64,000 nucleotides of DNA from Methanotrichaceae archaeon. GTDB lineage: Archaea; Halobacteriota; Methanosarcinia; Methanotrichales; Methanotrichaceae. Numbering within the stretch: the first letter of the stretch is position 1; each line of letters starts with the position of its first letter. Shown here one piece after another: positions 49,953 through 60,179 of the stretch. The translations under genes were made by a program, and so were the position numbers. Below the pieces are notes generated by a model. That model made no database searches and was not told the origin of the DNA. It worked only from the letters and a program-made list of their open reading frames with translations. The stretch covers positions 95,536-159,535 of the forward strand of contig CAVVKN010000012.1 of the NCBI GenBank assembly GCA_963748825.1, in the 5' to 3' direction.

Positions 49953-51506
49953 TCATTTTACAAAGCACAGCTTATTCAATGCCAGGGGAATACCATTGGC
50001 AATTCCCTGCTTTGTGTAATACATATCCACCTTGCCATCATGCGCCCAATAGGAATCGGCATAATAGAGGGGCAGAGCAGGCAGATCCTGGGCATAGACC
50101 ACTTGAATCTCGTCGACCAGATCCTCGCGTTTTTCTCTGTCCGTCTCGGATACCTCCTGGTCCAGCAGATCATTGAGCTTTGAGTTTGAAATATAGCGGG
50201 CGCTATTGAATGTATAGCCCTCGCCGATAATCCGGTTTAAGATCTCCGGGTCCGCGCCCATGCCGCCGTGGGTGTTTAATGCCAGGTTGAAGTTCCACTT
50301 AGAGACAAGGCTGTCCAGGGTCTTAGCATCAACACTTCTCAGGCTCACCTTGAATCCAGCCTGTTCGAGCTGTTGGCGTATCAGCTCTCCCGCCCGCTCA
50401 TTGATGGAAGTGACCAGCATCTCCAGCTCCAGAGGCTGGCCGTCTATGGAAAAGTATTGACCTTCTTTGGAGTAGCCCATTTCCTCCATTAGCTCCATTG
50501 TTTTAGCCGGGTTATAGGCATACGGCTCAACATTAGGATTGTACCAATCGCTATCCGGGGCAAAGAGGCCGGGACTGGCCAAGATTCCGTAGCCTCGCAG
50601 AGCATTATCCACCAGGGCTTGGCGGTCGATGGAATAATAGAGGGCCTGCCTGAACCTGGCATCAGAAAGTGGCTTTTTTTTATGATTGACCATGATCTTG
50701 GTGATCGAGTCATGAGATGCCAGCATTACCGCATAGCCCTCTTTTTTCAGATCTTCTGCCAGCTCAGGAGGCACAATTGCAGCATCAGCATCGCCCTTCT
50801 TGAGGGCGGCAGCAGACAATTCCAGGCTTACCTTGATGAACTTGAGCTGCTTTACCTTCGGACTGCCCAGGTAATAGTCATCGTAGGCTTGGTAGAGATA
50901 AGTTCCCTGAGCCTTATTGTAGTCTACGAGCTTATATGGCCCAGTGCCCGTCAGAGCAGCCGCATCCTGAAATTCTGCGGGATTGTTCACGCTCCTGTAG
51001 ATATGCTCCGGGAGGATGGGCAGAGTTACCGCAATCATATCCATGAAGGGAGCATAAGGTTCATTCAGATAGATCTTAACGGTGTAATCGTCTATCGCCT
51101 CTACCTTCTTTACCGGATTAGAGTTGACCCACAAATAGGGATGCTCCTTGATGTAGTCGACCGTGAAGAGCACATCCCTCGCAGTAAATTTCTCGCCATC
51201 ATGCCAGGTAATATCCTTTCGTAAATTGACGACGAAGACGTTTTCCCCCTGCATCTGCCAGCTTTCTGCGAGAGCCGGGACATAGCCATTTTTGTCTTTC
51301 CAGAATAGAGTGTCGAAGATCAGGCTCATCCGGATGTAGCCGGGGCCGCGTGAGTAATGGCCGTAGGGCGAGGGAAAGCCCCAGTCGCCCGTGGCATCGG
51401 CGATGGTAAGCACGTCTACTGTTTCATCCGCGCTCGCAGAGCTGCTGCAAAGGACGAGGAGCAGCAGGCCGGCGGCGGAAAAGCCAAGCAGAGGGAGGCG
51501 GCTCAT
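49953..51506 (-). CDS. ABC transporter substrate-binding protein, family 5 (nickel/peptide)
   Basis: Signal peptide, LAESW...LRKDITWHDGEKFTARDVLFT, GTGPYK, RQALYYSIDR. Confidence 0.9.
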   Translation of the reverse strand: MSRLPLLGFSAAGLLLLVLCSSSASADETVDVLTIADATGDWGFPSPYGHYSRGPGYIRMSLIFDTLFWKDKNGYVPALAESWQMQGENVFVVNLRKDITWHDGEKFTARDVLFTVDYIKEHPYLWVNSNPVKKVEAIDDYTVKIYLNEPYAPFMDMIAVTLPILPEHIYRSVNNPAEFQDAAALTGTGPYKLVDYNKAQGTYLYQAYDDYYLGSPKVKQLKFIKVSLELSAAALKKGDADAAIVPPELAEDLKKEGYAVMLASHDSITKIMVNHKKKPLSDARFRQALYYSIDRQALVDNALRGYGILASPGLFAPDSDWYNPNVEPYAYNPAKTMELMEEMGYSKEGQYFSIDGQPLELEMLVTSINERAGELIRQQLEQAGFKVSLRSVDAKTLDSLVSKWNFNLALNTHGGMGADPEILNRIIGEGYTFNSARYISNSKLNDLLDQEVSETDREKREDLVDEIQVVYAQDLPALPLYYADSYWAHDGKVDMYYTKQGIANGIPLALNKLCFVK

Positions 51507-52031
51507 GAGAGGGGCCCCCGGTTAGTATGCTTAAGATCTGTTCTGTCCATTTTAAGTTCTCCTATGTTCCTAATATTCATCAGCTTATTTTAAGAACTTT
51601 TCTACCATTAGTATGATTTAAAAATCTCAATAGCAATATTTGTAACATTTGTTAATTCTACATTAGCTTTGGAACAACCAAGAATTAGGTCCGGCTACTA
51701 TTCTCGCGAGATCATCTCGAAGAAGCGGAGCATGCCATCGAACTCTGTAAAAATGCACAGGCAATGGCTAGCGAAATCATACTGTGCATTTTCATCCAAG
51801 GGAAAATGGCCATTGCACAGACATGCCAGGTTGAGATCGAGTGAGATAATTGCTATGAATAGGTATACTTAAATATAATCTTATTAATAATCAATTTATT
51901 TTAAAACCAAATTCGCAACAAAGCAGCTTAAAAAGACCGAGAAATAAACTATGGCAAGGCAGAGAGCCATGGAGCGGATACTTAATGAAGGACGAACTGA
52001 GAATAATGCATCCCATCTCGGAGATAAGGAT

Positions 52032-52391
52032 ATGAGCCGAAAATTCAGCGATCTAAAAGCAAGTGATCTGGCCAAGCTGCCAGCTTTAACCGATGATCAC
52101 GTTTGCATTGGTGAAGAAAGAATTTATATGCACCTTTTTAATAAAAAGAATATGCACTGGTATCTGGCAGAGTATGGCTGCATAGGCAAGAAATTCTTCG
52201 GATTCTTCGAGAATAAAGTGGACGGATTGGCCTCGGGGCAATGCAGCACTGAAGAGATCGTCTATTGGGCGAAAAAAGGAGAGGCATGGGAGGCGATGGT
52301 CGATGAAGACTGGAAGCCGATGGCAGCCAAAGATATTCCTATTCTAACAGAATATGTAAAAATGATGATTTGCCAGCCGGATATAACATAA
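52032..52391 (+). CDS. Hypothetical protein (DUF2958-like pattern)
   Basis: HLF...WYLAEY...FFGF pattern; family call tentative. Confidence 0.5.
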   Translation: MSRKFSDLKASDLAKLPALTDDHVCIGEERIYMHLFNKKNMHWYLAEYGCIGKKFFGFFENKVDGLASGQCSTEEIVYWAKKGEAWEAMVDEDWKPMAAKDIPILTEYVKMMICQPDIT

Positions 52392-52396
52392 GTCTT

Positions 52397-53167
52397 ATGA
52401 TGTCAAACCGCGTATCTAATGACGTGGTTTCGAAATTCAGGAGATTTGAAATTCTGATTGCCTTATCACTGGCGATTCTTGCATTATTTGCCGTCAATGC
52501 CTGCGCCATCATGGATGGAGGCTCGGGTCTATCCGCAGATCAGCTCATCGATGCCAGCAATGGGATCTACATCCCTTATACCGGTATTCCGGAAAACCCC
52601 CAGGAAGCGAGGAAGCTGTGGAGCGAGGAGAGCGGCATCAATTTCACCATGCCCGGCAAGCTATCAGAAAACGACACCAATCCGCAGGCGTCCCGAAGCT
52701 CTATGAAAACCGGCGAGGCACTTGAGTATCAGACAGCAAGTACCATGAGTTCAAACCAGGATAAAGCTGCATCATCCCCAGAGCCGGCCATCTCGCAGGC
52801 TTCATTGCCGACACCATCACCGGCTATATCGCAGACCATATCTCCGGCAGTAAGCGTGGGCGGAAACTGGACCTTCCAGCTTAGAGACAGCAAAAACAGA
52901 TTCCTGGCCCTGACGCTTTTCCAGTCAGAGAATGCAGTTTTCGGAACGGGTAACATAAATGATGGCGGCGATACTATGAAGGTCTCAGCTTCCGGCTCAG
53001 TTGCCGCAGATAAATTGAGTCTGGATGTGATATCCTCTGGAACCATCAACCTTTACCGGCTTAAGCTCAATCTGAGCGGCGACTCCGCCTCCGGCGAATA
53101 CAGGGCGTTCTCGACTAACAGCGATCCATGGATCGGAACTGTGGAAGGTATGCTAGCCGCAAAATAA
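52397..53167 (+). CDS. Hypothetical secreted protein
   Basis: Signal peptide, S/P-rich linker, beta-rich C-terminal domain. Confidence 0.65.
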   Translation: MMSNRVSNDVVSKFRRFEILIALSLAILALFAVNACAIMDGGSGLSADQLIDASNGIYIPYTGIPENPQEARKLWSEESGINFTMPGKLSENDTNPQASRSSMKTGEALEYQTASTMSSNQDKAASSPEPAISQASLPTPSPAISQTISPAVSVGGNWTFQLRDSKNRFLALTLFQSENAVFGTGNINDGGDTMKVSASGSVAADKLSLDVISSGTINLYRLKLNLSGDSASGEYRAFSTNSDPWIGTVEGMLAAK

Positions 53168-53229
53168 GAAAAAGAGACATTATTGCGACGATAGAGCCAA
53201 ATAGGAAGAATTACAAAAGTGATAGCCGC

Positions 53230-53793
53230 ATGAAGCGACTGACAGCTTATGTCTCCGGCAAGGTCCAGAAGACAGGATACCGGGCTAAGGTCACTGATAT
53301 CGCCCGAGCTTTAGGCTTTAACGGATTCGTGGAAAACCTGGACGACGGCAGAGTGAAGATTGTAGCCGAGGGAGAAGAAGATAGGCTGAAGTGGTTTGAA
53401 GAAGCTATTGATATTAAAAATACCCTAATTCAAGTTTCGACCATCGAAAAAGAGTATTCTTCGGCCGTTAGCGATGTATCCAAGTTCTATAAATTGGTAG
53501 ATATTGGGGAGACAGACTCCAGGCTGGACACGGCAGCCGTTCACTTAAAAGATCTCATCGTTGCGGTCAATAATCTGGGTGACAAGCTGGGTGGCAAGTT
53601 TGATACACTAATCGAAAAGCAGGATCTGATGATCGGAAAGCAAGATCAGATGATTGATTTGCAGCATGATCTTCTGGATGAGGTCAAGGATTCCAGAAAA
53701 GATCTAAAAGGCTACCTGGATCAGAGGTTCGAGAAGCTGGAGGACGAGGTAGTCGAGATGAGAGCCGCATTGAGGGAGAAGGGAATCATTTAG
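53230..53793 (+). CDS. Acylphosphatase-domain protein with C-terminal coiled coil
   Basis: VSGKVQKTGYR...GFVENLDDGRVKIVAEG. Confidence 0.85.
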   Translation: MKRLTAYVSGKVQKTGYRAKVTDIARALGFNGFVENLDDGRVKIVAEGEEDRLKWFEEAIDIKNTLIQVSTIEKEYSSAVSDVSKFYKLVDIGETDSRLDTAAVHLKDLIVAVNNLGDKLGGKFDTLIEKQDLMIGKQDQMIDLQHDLLDEVKDSRKDLKGYLDQRFEKLEDEVVEMRAALREKGII

Positions 53794-53894
53794 CCACGGC
53801 TTGACAACGTCTGCTTGAGATAAATTTCTTTATTATTCTCAAAAATTCTTCCCATTAATAAGCCTTTTATCTTGTCCGGCATATCTCCCACCTC

Positions 53895-54797
53895 ATGCCA
53901 TCCCTTTCCATCCATGCCGGCGGCCTGCAGCTTAATAATCCGATCCTGCTGGCGGCAGGCATCCTGGGCACCACCGGTGCCTCTCTTTGTCGTGCCGCCA
54001 GGGCAGGCGCAGGCGGCGTGGTCACCAAATCAGTGGGATCCTTGCCGCGGGAGGGCCACCCCGGTCCCACCATTGTACACGTGGACGGTGGCCTTCTCAA
54101 TGCCATGGGCCTGCCCAATCCTTCTTACAAAGACTTTCAGGACGAGATCGATACGGCCCGCGCTGGCAAAGTGCCCGTCATCGTCAGCATCTTCGGCTCT
54201 TCCGCAGAAGAGTTTGCCAAGATCGCCCGCAGCCTGAAGGCCGATGCCTTCGAACTGAACCTCTCCTGCCCCCATGCCGAAAACTACGGAAGCGAGCTCG
54301 GCCGCTATCCCGATCTGGTGGAATCCGTCACCGGGGCAGTGAAGGCTGCGGCAGATGTGCCCGTCTGGGTCAAGCTGACTCCGAACACGGCCGATATCAT
54401 CGAGCTGGGCCTGGCGGCGCAGCGGGGCGGAGCCGACGCCATAGTGGCCATAAACACTCTCAAGGCCATGGCCATTGATATCGAGACCGGTTACCCGATA
54501 TTGGGCAACTGCTTTGGCGGCCTGTCCGGTCCGGCCATCAAACCAGTGGCCGTGCGCTGCGTCTACGAGCTGGCCAGCCGCCTGGAGATTCCGGTGATAG
54601 GCGTGGGCGGAGTCTCTACCTGGGAGGATGTCGTGGAGATGATCATGGCCGGAGCCTCGGCCGTGCAGGTGGGAACAGCTCTTCTCAGGGGCTATGGCGT
54701 CTTCGAGGAGATCACAGTTGGCCTGTCCCGCTACCTGGAGAGAAAATCGCTGACACTGGAGGAGCTGTGCGGCCTGGCCGGGAGGAGACTCTCATGA
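53895..54797 (+). CDS. pyrD: Dihydroorotate dehydrogenase catalytic subunit
   Basis: NAMGLPNP, ELNLSCPH, VKLTPN, GGLSGPAIKP, SAVQVGT. Confidence 0.95.
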   Translation: MPSLSIHAGGLQLNNPILLAAGILGTTGASLCRAARAGAGGVVTKSVGSLPREGHPGPTIVHVDGGLLNAMGLPNPSYKDFQDEIDTARAGKVPVIVSIFGSSAEEFAKIARSLKADAFELNLSCPHAENYGSELGRYPDLVESVTGAVKAAADVPVWVKLTPNTADIIELGLAAQRGGADAIVAINTLKAMAIDIETGYPILGNCFGGLSGPAIKPVAVRCVYELASRLEIPVIGVGGVSTWEDVVEMIMAGASAVQVGTALLRGYGVFEEITVGLSRYLERKSLTLEELCGLAGRRLS

Positions 54798-55564
54798 GAC
54801 CCATAAACTGCATCATAGAAGAAGTGCGCTCGGAGGCTCCTCTGATCAGGACCTTCCGGCTGGATAGAAATCTTGACCCGGCACCAGGGCAGTACGTCAT
54901 GGTCTGGATCAGAGGCGTGGATGAGATTCCCATGAGCTTCTCGGGCCCTGATACCATTACAGTGCAGTCGGTAGGCGTCGCTTCAGCCGCGCTCTTTAGC
55001 TTGAGCGCAGGAAGCAGCGTGGGGCTACGCGGTCCTCTGGGGAGTGGCTTTGTCCTGCGGGGCAAGAGAATTCTGCTCATCGGCGGCGGCGTGGGCACTG
55101 CCCCCCTGGCTTTTTTGGGCGAGCAGGCCAAAGCGGCGGGAATCGAGGTCGCCTCCTTGCTCGGATTCCGCTGCAAAGAAGACCTCATATTTCAGGATCG
55201 ATTTGAGGCTCTGGGAGATACTATTATCACCACTGATGACGGCTCCCTGGGCATACACGGCCGCGTTGCCTCCGGACTTGAAGAGCTAAATTTATTCGAT
55301 TACGATCAGATCTACCTTTGCGGCCCGGAGATGATGATGTGGGACATAATTTCCAGAACACAGGAGCATGCCAAAAAGACCCAGGCCTGCATCAACCGCT
55401 ACTTCAAGTGTGCGGCAGGCATCTGCGGCTCCTGCTGCCTGGACCCGGAAGGGGTGCGCGTCTGTGTGGAAGGGCCGGTGCTCATGGCTGACCGGCTGCT
55501 GGAGAGCGAATTTGGGCGATACCGGCGGGGACCAACCGGTGGCAAGGGTCCTTGCCGAGGATGA
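54794..55564 (+). CDS. pyrK: Dihydroorotate dehydrogenase electron-transfer subunit
   Basis: PGQYVMVW, RGPLG, GGGVGTAP, CGPE, CAAGICGSC...VC 2Fe-2S motif. Confidence 0.93.
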   Translation: MRPINCIIEEVRSEAPLIRTFRLDRNLDPAPGQYVMVWIRGVDEIPMSFSGPDTITVQSVGVASAALFSLSAGSSVGLRGPLGSGFVLRGKRILLIGGGVGTAPLAFLGEQAKAAGIEVASLLGFRCKEDLIFQDRFEALGDTIITTDDGSLGIHGRVASGLEELNLFDYDQIYLCGPEMMMWDIISRTQEHAKKTQACINRYFKCAAGICGSCCLDPEGVRVCVEGPVLMADRLLESEFGRYRRGPTGGKGPCRG

Positions 55565-55632
55565 AAGGGGAAAAGGGCAATGGGGGGGAAAAGGCTCTTC
55601 GCGGTATCGAGTGGGCAATAGAATAATAGAGT

Positions 55633-55761
55633 CCTCTGTGCGTCCTTCGTGCACTCCGTGTCTGCAGTGGTGATCGTATCGTCAGCCGTTTGTTTAACCC
55701 GCGGCTAACGACGTTTTCAACCACAGAGCTCACAGAGTTCACAGAGTACGCACAGAGCGAC
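55633..55761. repeat. Palindromic REP/MITE-like element
   Basis: Left arm ctctgtgcgtcc...gtggt imperfectly complementary to right arm accacagag...cgcacagag; homologous to 32829-32914. Confidence 0.7.
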
Positions 55762-55805
55762 GAACTAGCAACTCGAGAGCCAAAAGAAAGGAGAGAAGGT
55801 TGGAA

Positions 55806-56522
55806 ATGATAGTCAGATTCTTGCATGATGGCATAGTCCGAGGGGGATCGTACAGCAAAGAGAATGGTATAATCTCCAGGGGAGATGTGCTGAGGTTGGA
55901 TGAAGTATTCCTTCTGCCCCCCTGCCAGCCGACGAAGATCGTCTGTGTGGGCTTAAATTATGTAAAGCATGCTCTGGAGCTGGAGATGCCGCTTCCTGAG
56001 GAGCCCATTCTCTTCTTAAAGCCTCCTTCTTCCATCCTGGACCCGGACGGGCATATCGTCTATCCTGCTTCCAGCAGCCAGGTGGACTACGAAGGCGAGC
56101 TGGCGGTAGTTATTGGAAAACGCTGCAAGAATATCCAGGCAGAAGAGGCAGAGAAGTACATCCTGGGCTACACCTGCTTCAACGACGTGACGGCCCGCGA
56201 TCTGCAGCGCAAAGACGGCCAGTGGACGCGCGCCAAGAGCTTCGACACCTTTGCCCCCTTCGGCCCCTGGATCGCCAAAATTGATCCATCGGACGCGGAT
56301 ATTCAGACACGCGTCAACGGAAAAGTGGTGCAGAAATCGAACACTTCAGACCTGATTTTCGACGTGCAGAAATTGGTGCAGTTCATAAGCGGCGTCATGA
56401 CTCTTGAGCCGGGTGATGTGATTGCCACGGGCACGCCCCCGGGAGTGGGGCCACTGCAAAAAGGAGACGCGGTGGAAGTAGCAATCGAGGGAATTGGGGT
56501 TCTCAAGAATTTTGTGGTGTAG
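55806..56522 (+). CDS. Fumarylacetoacetate hydrolase family protein
   Basis: [43 protein letters not shown]. Confidence 0.92.
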   Translation: MIVRFLHDGIVRGGSYSKENGIISRGDVLRLDEVFLLPPCQPTKIVCVGLNYVKHALELEMPLPEEPILFLKPPSSILDPDGHIVYPASSSQVDYEGELAVVIGKRCKNIQAEEAEKYILGYTCFNDVTARDLQRKDGQWTRAKSFDTFAPFGPWIAKIDPSDADIQTRVNGKVVQKSNTSDLIFDVQKLVQFISGVMTLEPGDVIATGTPPGVGPLQKGDAVEVAIEGIGVLKNFVV

Positions 56523-56571
56523 CTGAGAGGCGTTGCCGGGTAGATTAGCCGGCAAGACTCACTCAGTCAAA

Positions 56572-56706
56572 CGGCGGCGGCGCACCCCGCAGCAGAGCTG
56601 ACGGGGCATGCAAGGCGCCGCCGCATGAAGACGGAGACAGGCAACTGATCCGACCCCTAAGTTGAATGCGTATGCCCTTTATCCTCGCAGCAGAGCTGCG
56701 GGGTAT
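56572..56706. repeat. GC-rich palindromes (CCCCGCAGC-N-GCTG-CGGGG type), transposon-end/MITE-like
   Basis: Hairpins at ~56585-56606 and ~56682-56703; related inverted copy at 60115-60171. Confidence 0.55.
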
Positions 56707-56808
56707 TACGGATAAATGAATCTATTAGTGCATTGATAACGCCCTGGAGATTGATTCCATTTATGCAGATGCTTGGGGGAAGTTAAGCCGATAGATTGAA
56801 ATAGACTA

Positions 56809-57147
56809 ATGGCTATACTAAAATCTATGGGACGGGGTCTGAGTGACCTACAAAAGACGATGCTGCGCATGAGCGTAGATTCTGATGACGGATGGGTGTA
56901 TTTCAGACACGTGTTTATGGATGTATACGGGTGGGTTCCTGAAAAAATTCGATTTGGAAAGCCCATGTTCAGCAAGGAGAGATGGCCGGAGGCGTATATG
57001 GCAGCTTATGTGGCCGTCACCAAGTCGGCTGCCAGGCTGGAAAGGCGTGGACTGGTTCATGTTGTCCTAGGGAATGGAAAAGCTTATCGAGCCACAGACG
57101 CAGGCAGAGCTGTTGTATCTCCAAAACTTAGGGCCGACCAAGATTAG
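56809..57147 (+). CDS. Hypothetical protein, possible winged helix
   Basis: AARLERRGLV...YRATDAGR C-terminal pattern. Confidence 0.5.
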   Translation: MAILKSMGRGLSDLQKTMLRMSVDSDDGWVYFRHVFMDVYGWVPEKIRFGKPMFSKERWPEAYMAAYVAVTKSAARLERRGLVHVVLGNGKAYRATDAGRAVVSPKLRADQD

Positions 57148-57263
57148 TTTTCCTGTATCATCACATCGAAGTAGCTCAATTACTCATCCTGCTGCTTTGG
57201 CTCTTACAGGCCACGAATCCCCTATGAATTGATGTACTATTGTATGTTGTGCTTTCTGTTGTA

Positions 57264-57557
57264 CTATTTCTCTTTGATTATCCCCAGTTTGGACTCGATA
57301 GATACATCCTTATCCAGACGGTAATCGATGTGCATCGTGGTTATTATTCTCTGCACACCCATCTCTGCCAGCTTTTTATTTGCCATCTCGATCACTCCAA
57401 AAAGCTCTTCAAAGGTGCTTGCCTCAATGGCCGTGGACATTGGTCCGGCAGCGAATTTAATACCGGACTGTCTCAAAAGGTTATGAACGGCCAGCACATA
57501 ATGGGAGGCGCTGGTTCCCGTGCCCATGGGAATGGTGGCGAAGTCTGCTACAATCAT
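57264..57557 (-). CDS. MTH1187/thiamine-binding family protein
   Basis: ADFATIPMGTGTSASHYV...GPMSTAIE...IDYRLDK. Confidence 0.85.
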   Translation of the reverse strand: MIVADFATIPMGTGTSASHYVLAVHNLLRQSGIKFAAGPMSTAIEASTFEELFGVIEMANKKLAEMGVQRIITTMHIDYRLDKDVSIESKLGIIKEK

Positions 57558-57636
57558 AGTAGTATATCAATTTGCAAAGTATAGAAACGATGCCATCAGC
57601 TCAGCTTAAATCTGCCAGCATCTGCTATCGATCAAG

Positions 57637-58278
57637 CTAGTGGACAAGAGCAAGAAGCTTCTTTGCAGAGGCTACCGGGTCCTCCGCCTCGTAAATCGAT
57701 CTGCCTACAATCAGATAGTCCGCGCCGGCCAGCAGAGCTTCGCCAGCCGAGCCTCCCTGGGCGCCGACTCCAGGCGATATGATGATGCGCTCTCCGATGA
57801 TGGAACGGATCAGCTTAATTCTCTCCGGGCGCGTGGCTGGGGCCACAACCCCGCTGGCACCTGCCTCCACAGCCAGCCTGGCCATTCTCTCTGTCAGGGG
57901 GGCCATGAAAAGCTCTGCCCCAGGATGGCTCATCTCCGTGACGACAAAGAGATCGGCTCCGTGCTCTGCGGCGCTCTTAGCGCAGGCTTGCAGAGAGTCC
58001 TTTCCCGGGAAGGCCTGGGCGATGATGCCGCTCGCCCCCGCGCCCAGCACCGCCTCGCAGATGAGCCGGTTGGTGTTGGGAATATCGGCCACCTTCAGGT
58101 CGGCTATGACAGGCAGAGTGGCGGAGATCTCCGTTACTATTTCCAGTCCCGCGGAGAGAATAAGGGGATAGCCGATCTTAATGGCATCAAAGTGGTCTTT
58201 GAGCTGTCCGGCTAAGGAAAGGGCCTGCTCTCGGGAGGTGACATCCAGTGCCAGGATCAGCCTTTTCTCTCTCTTCAT
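57637..58278 (-). CDS. pyrF: Orotidine-5'-phosphate decarboxylase
   Basis: LILALD, DLKVADIPNT, SPGVGAQGG, IVGRSIY. Confidence 0.96.
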   Translation of the reverse strand: MKREKRLILALDVTSREQALSLAGQLKDHFDAIKIGYPLILSAGLEIVTEISATLPVIADLKVADIPNTNRLICEAVLGAGASGIIAQAFPGKDSLQACAKSAAEHGADLFVVTEMSHPGAELFMAPLTERMARLAVEAGASGVVAPATRPERIKLIRSIIGERIIISPGVGAQGGSAGEALLAGADYLIVGRSIYEAEDPVASAKKLLALVH

Positions 58279-58327
58279 GTATTCAGATTCCTATGGATTC
58301 CGGGTGAGAATGTGGGTTGGTTCGTGC

Positions 58328-58966
58328 CTAAATGCAGCCGTCGATCAGCTCTATGGCCTCTCGCAAATCGCCCACTACCTCGCGGCCGGAACGCTCTCCT
58401 TTGCGGTCTAAGAAGAGTGCGTCAAGACCAGCCTCCAGGGGCGACTCGTAGTCGTAATTGTAGTGATCGCCGATGTGCAGAACCTCAAAGGGCTTGGCGC
58501 CCATGTGAGCGCAGACCGTGCCGTAGATGAGAGGCGATTTCTTGACCTCCCGGAAATCTGAGGTGGCGGAGAAGGTCTCGCTGAAGTAGTCCGACAGGCC
58601 TTCCAACTCAATGTCGATGAACTCGCGGGCGGCGTTGGATGTCACCACCAGCTCGTAGCTTTCGGCGAGAAGATCCAGCACCTCCTGCACCTCGGGGTAG
58701 GTCTCTATCTCGTCCTCGTACATCTGCAAGAGCTCGTCCTTGCCGACCTTTAGCCCGAACCTCTCGATCCAGTAGAGCAGGTCGTACCATTCCAGCTTGT
58801 CGCTGCCGATCTTCATGTACTCGCCGACAACGTAACTCTTGGCAACGGGAAAGTCCAGGCCGGTCTTTTCGGCGTAAAGCATAGGCATGCCTTCCATCCA
58901 GACCTTGTCCACGAACCTGGAGTTGACCAGGGTGCCGTCCATGTCCAGGGATATGACGCGAATCAT
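58328..58966 (-). CDS. HAD-superfamily hydrolase
   Basis: DMDGTL, VTSN, KK, HIGD...D. Confidence 0.88.
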   Translation of the reverse strand: MIRVISLDMDGTLVNSRFVDKVWMEGMPMLYAEKTGLDFPVAKSYVVGEYMKIGSDKLEWYDLLYWIERFGLKVGKDELLQMYEDEIETYPEVQEVLDLLAESYELVVTSNAAREFIDIELEGLSDYFSETFSATSDFREVKKSPLIYGTVCAHMGAKPFEVLHIGDHYNYDYESPLEAGLDALFLDRKGERSGREVVGDLREAIELIDGCI

Positions 58967-59386
58967 CTTATTCTCCGGTTAAAGAGGTTCGAATCGCTTT
59001 ATGAGTTATTATTCTTTTTGGCTAAGGCAAGATTCATGAGGGCTAGCTGCGGCGTCGTTCCGGGGAGAGTTCGCATTTTCGGGTGTTCTACTCAATGGGG
59101 TCAATTTTTGAGTGAGAAGACCTCACCATAGGCACTTTCGTCTACGAGCTTCACGAGCTGACGGAAGAGAAGATCGGGATTATTGAGGGAATGCAGTTTC
59201 GGCCAGCCGTTCTAATTACCTGTCAAACTGGCCAACTGGAGTGGATAATAGATATCTTGAATTAATTATTAATCCTTAAAAAGGGTCTTGACCTCGCTAC
59301 AAGGTCATGGAGTCTAAACTAAAACAAAAATCAAAACAAAAACTATTTAAATCTAAAAAAACATGTAATGTTATTGGTGAGAAAAG

Positions 59387-59953
59387 ATGAGAATGAGAAC
59401 TAATTTCGTTGCTGCTGTATGTTTAGCATGTTGGCTATTCATCGCAAGTTTTCCCGTATCTGGGTACAATTCTCTTAATGAATCTTCCGAAGCTGCACTT
59501 CTACTAAATATTTCTGCACTTGGAAGTGGTCAAGTTGACGAAATGCCTGAAAATTTAACAGATATGGGTTCTGTTGATGATTCAAGTATTAATTGCGTGA
59601 ATCGCCTTTCGATAGTTGATTATTGGGGAAATCGTTATTCATGTAACGCAAAGTGCGTATTCTTGCATGACGTATCGAGGATGATAATTGCTCCGTGCAA
59701 AAGAGGGTTACTTAAACTCTACGAAGAATATCCAGATAACACAGTATTACAATCTGGCTACATACCTGTATCTGCAAACAGAAGGTATAATTGGTGGTTC
59801 ATCGGCGACATCGAAGAAAAACATACTATGTGGTTCGAGATATATGATCGTTATGGCAACCTGGTCTCGGAAAGCAATAGAGTGGAATATATGGTCGTTC
59901 CTGAGAATTGTCCAGGGATTGAGAATTGCTCGCCATCTTCCAGGCATGCATAA
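59387..59953 (+). CDS. Hypothetical secreted protein
   Basis: Signal peptide; AT-rich gene with upstream TATA-like TTTAAA. Confidence 0.65.
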   Translation: MRMRTNFVAAVCLACWLFIASFPVSGYNSLNESSEAALLLNISALGSGQVDEMPENLTDMGSVDDSSINCVNRLSIVDYWGNRYSCNAKCVFLHDVSRMIIAPCKRGLLKLYEEYPDNTVLQSGYIPVSANRRYNWWFIGDIEEKHTMWFEIYDRYGNLVSESNRVEYMVVPENCPGIENCSPSSRHA

Positions 59954-60114
59954 TATGCAACGTCTCCATTTTGAATTGTGCTGGGGCATATTGGATGACC
60001 CCGGCTCTTCCAGCCGCCGGATAGAGCCCCACGATCGCTAAATAGAAGAGATCAGGATTTTTGAGGGGACGTTAGCCCAGCTGATTTCCTTGGGGCGGTC
60101 CTTCTGCGGGCCAA

Positions 60115-60171
60115 TTCATGCGGCGGCGTCTTGGATGCCCCGCAGCTTGCTGCGCGGGTGAGCCGCATCCG
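60115..60171. repeat. Inverted homolog of the 56572-56629 palindromic element
   Basis: catgcggcggcgtcttggatgccccgcagcttgctgcgcgggtg is similar to the reverse complement of caccccgcagcagagctgacggggcatgcaaggcgccgccgcatg. Confidence 0.6.
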
Positions 60172-60179
60172 TTTCTCTC

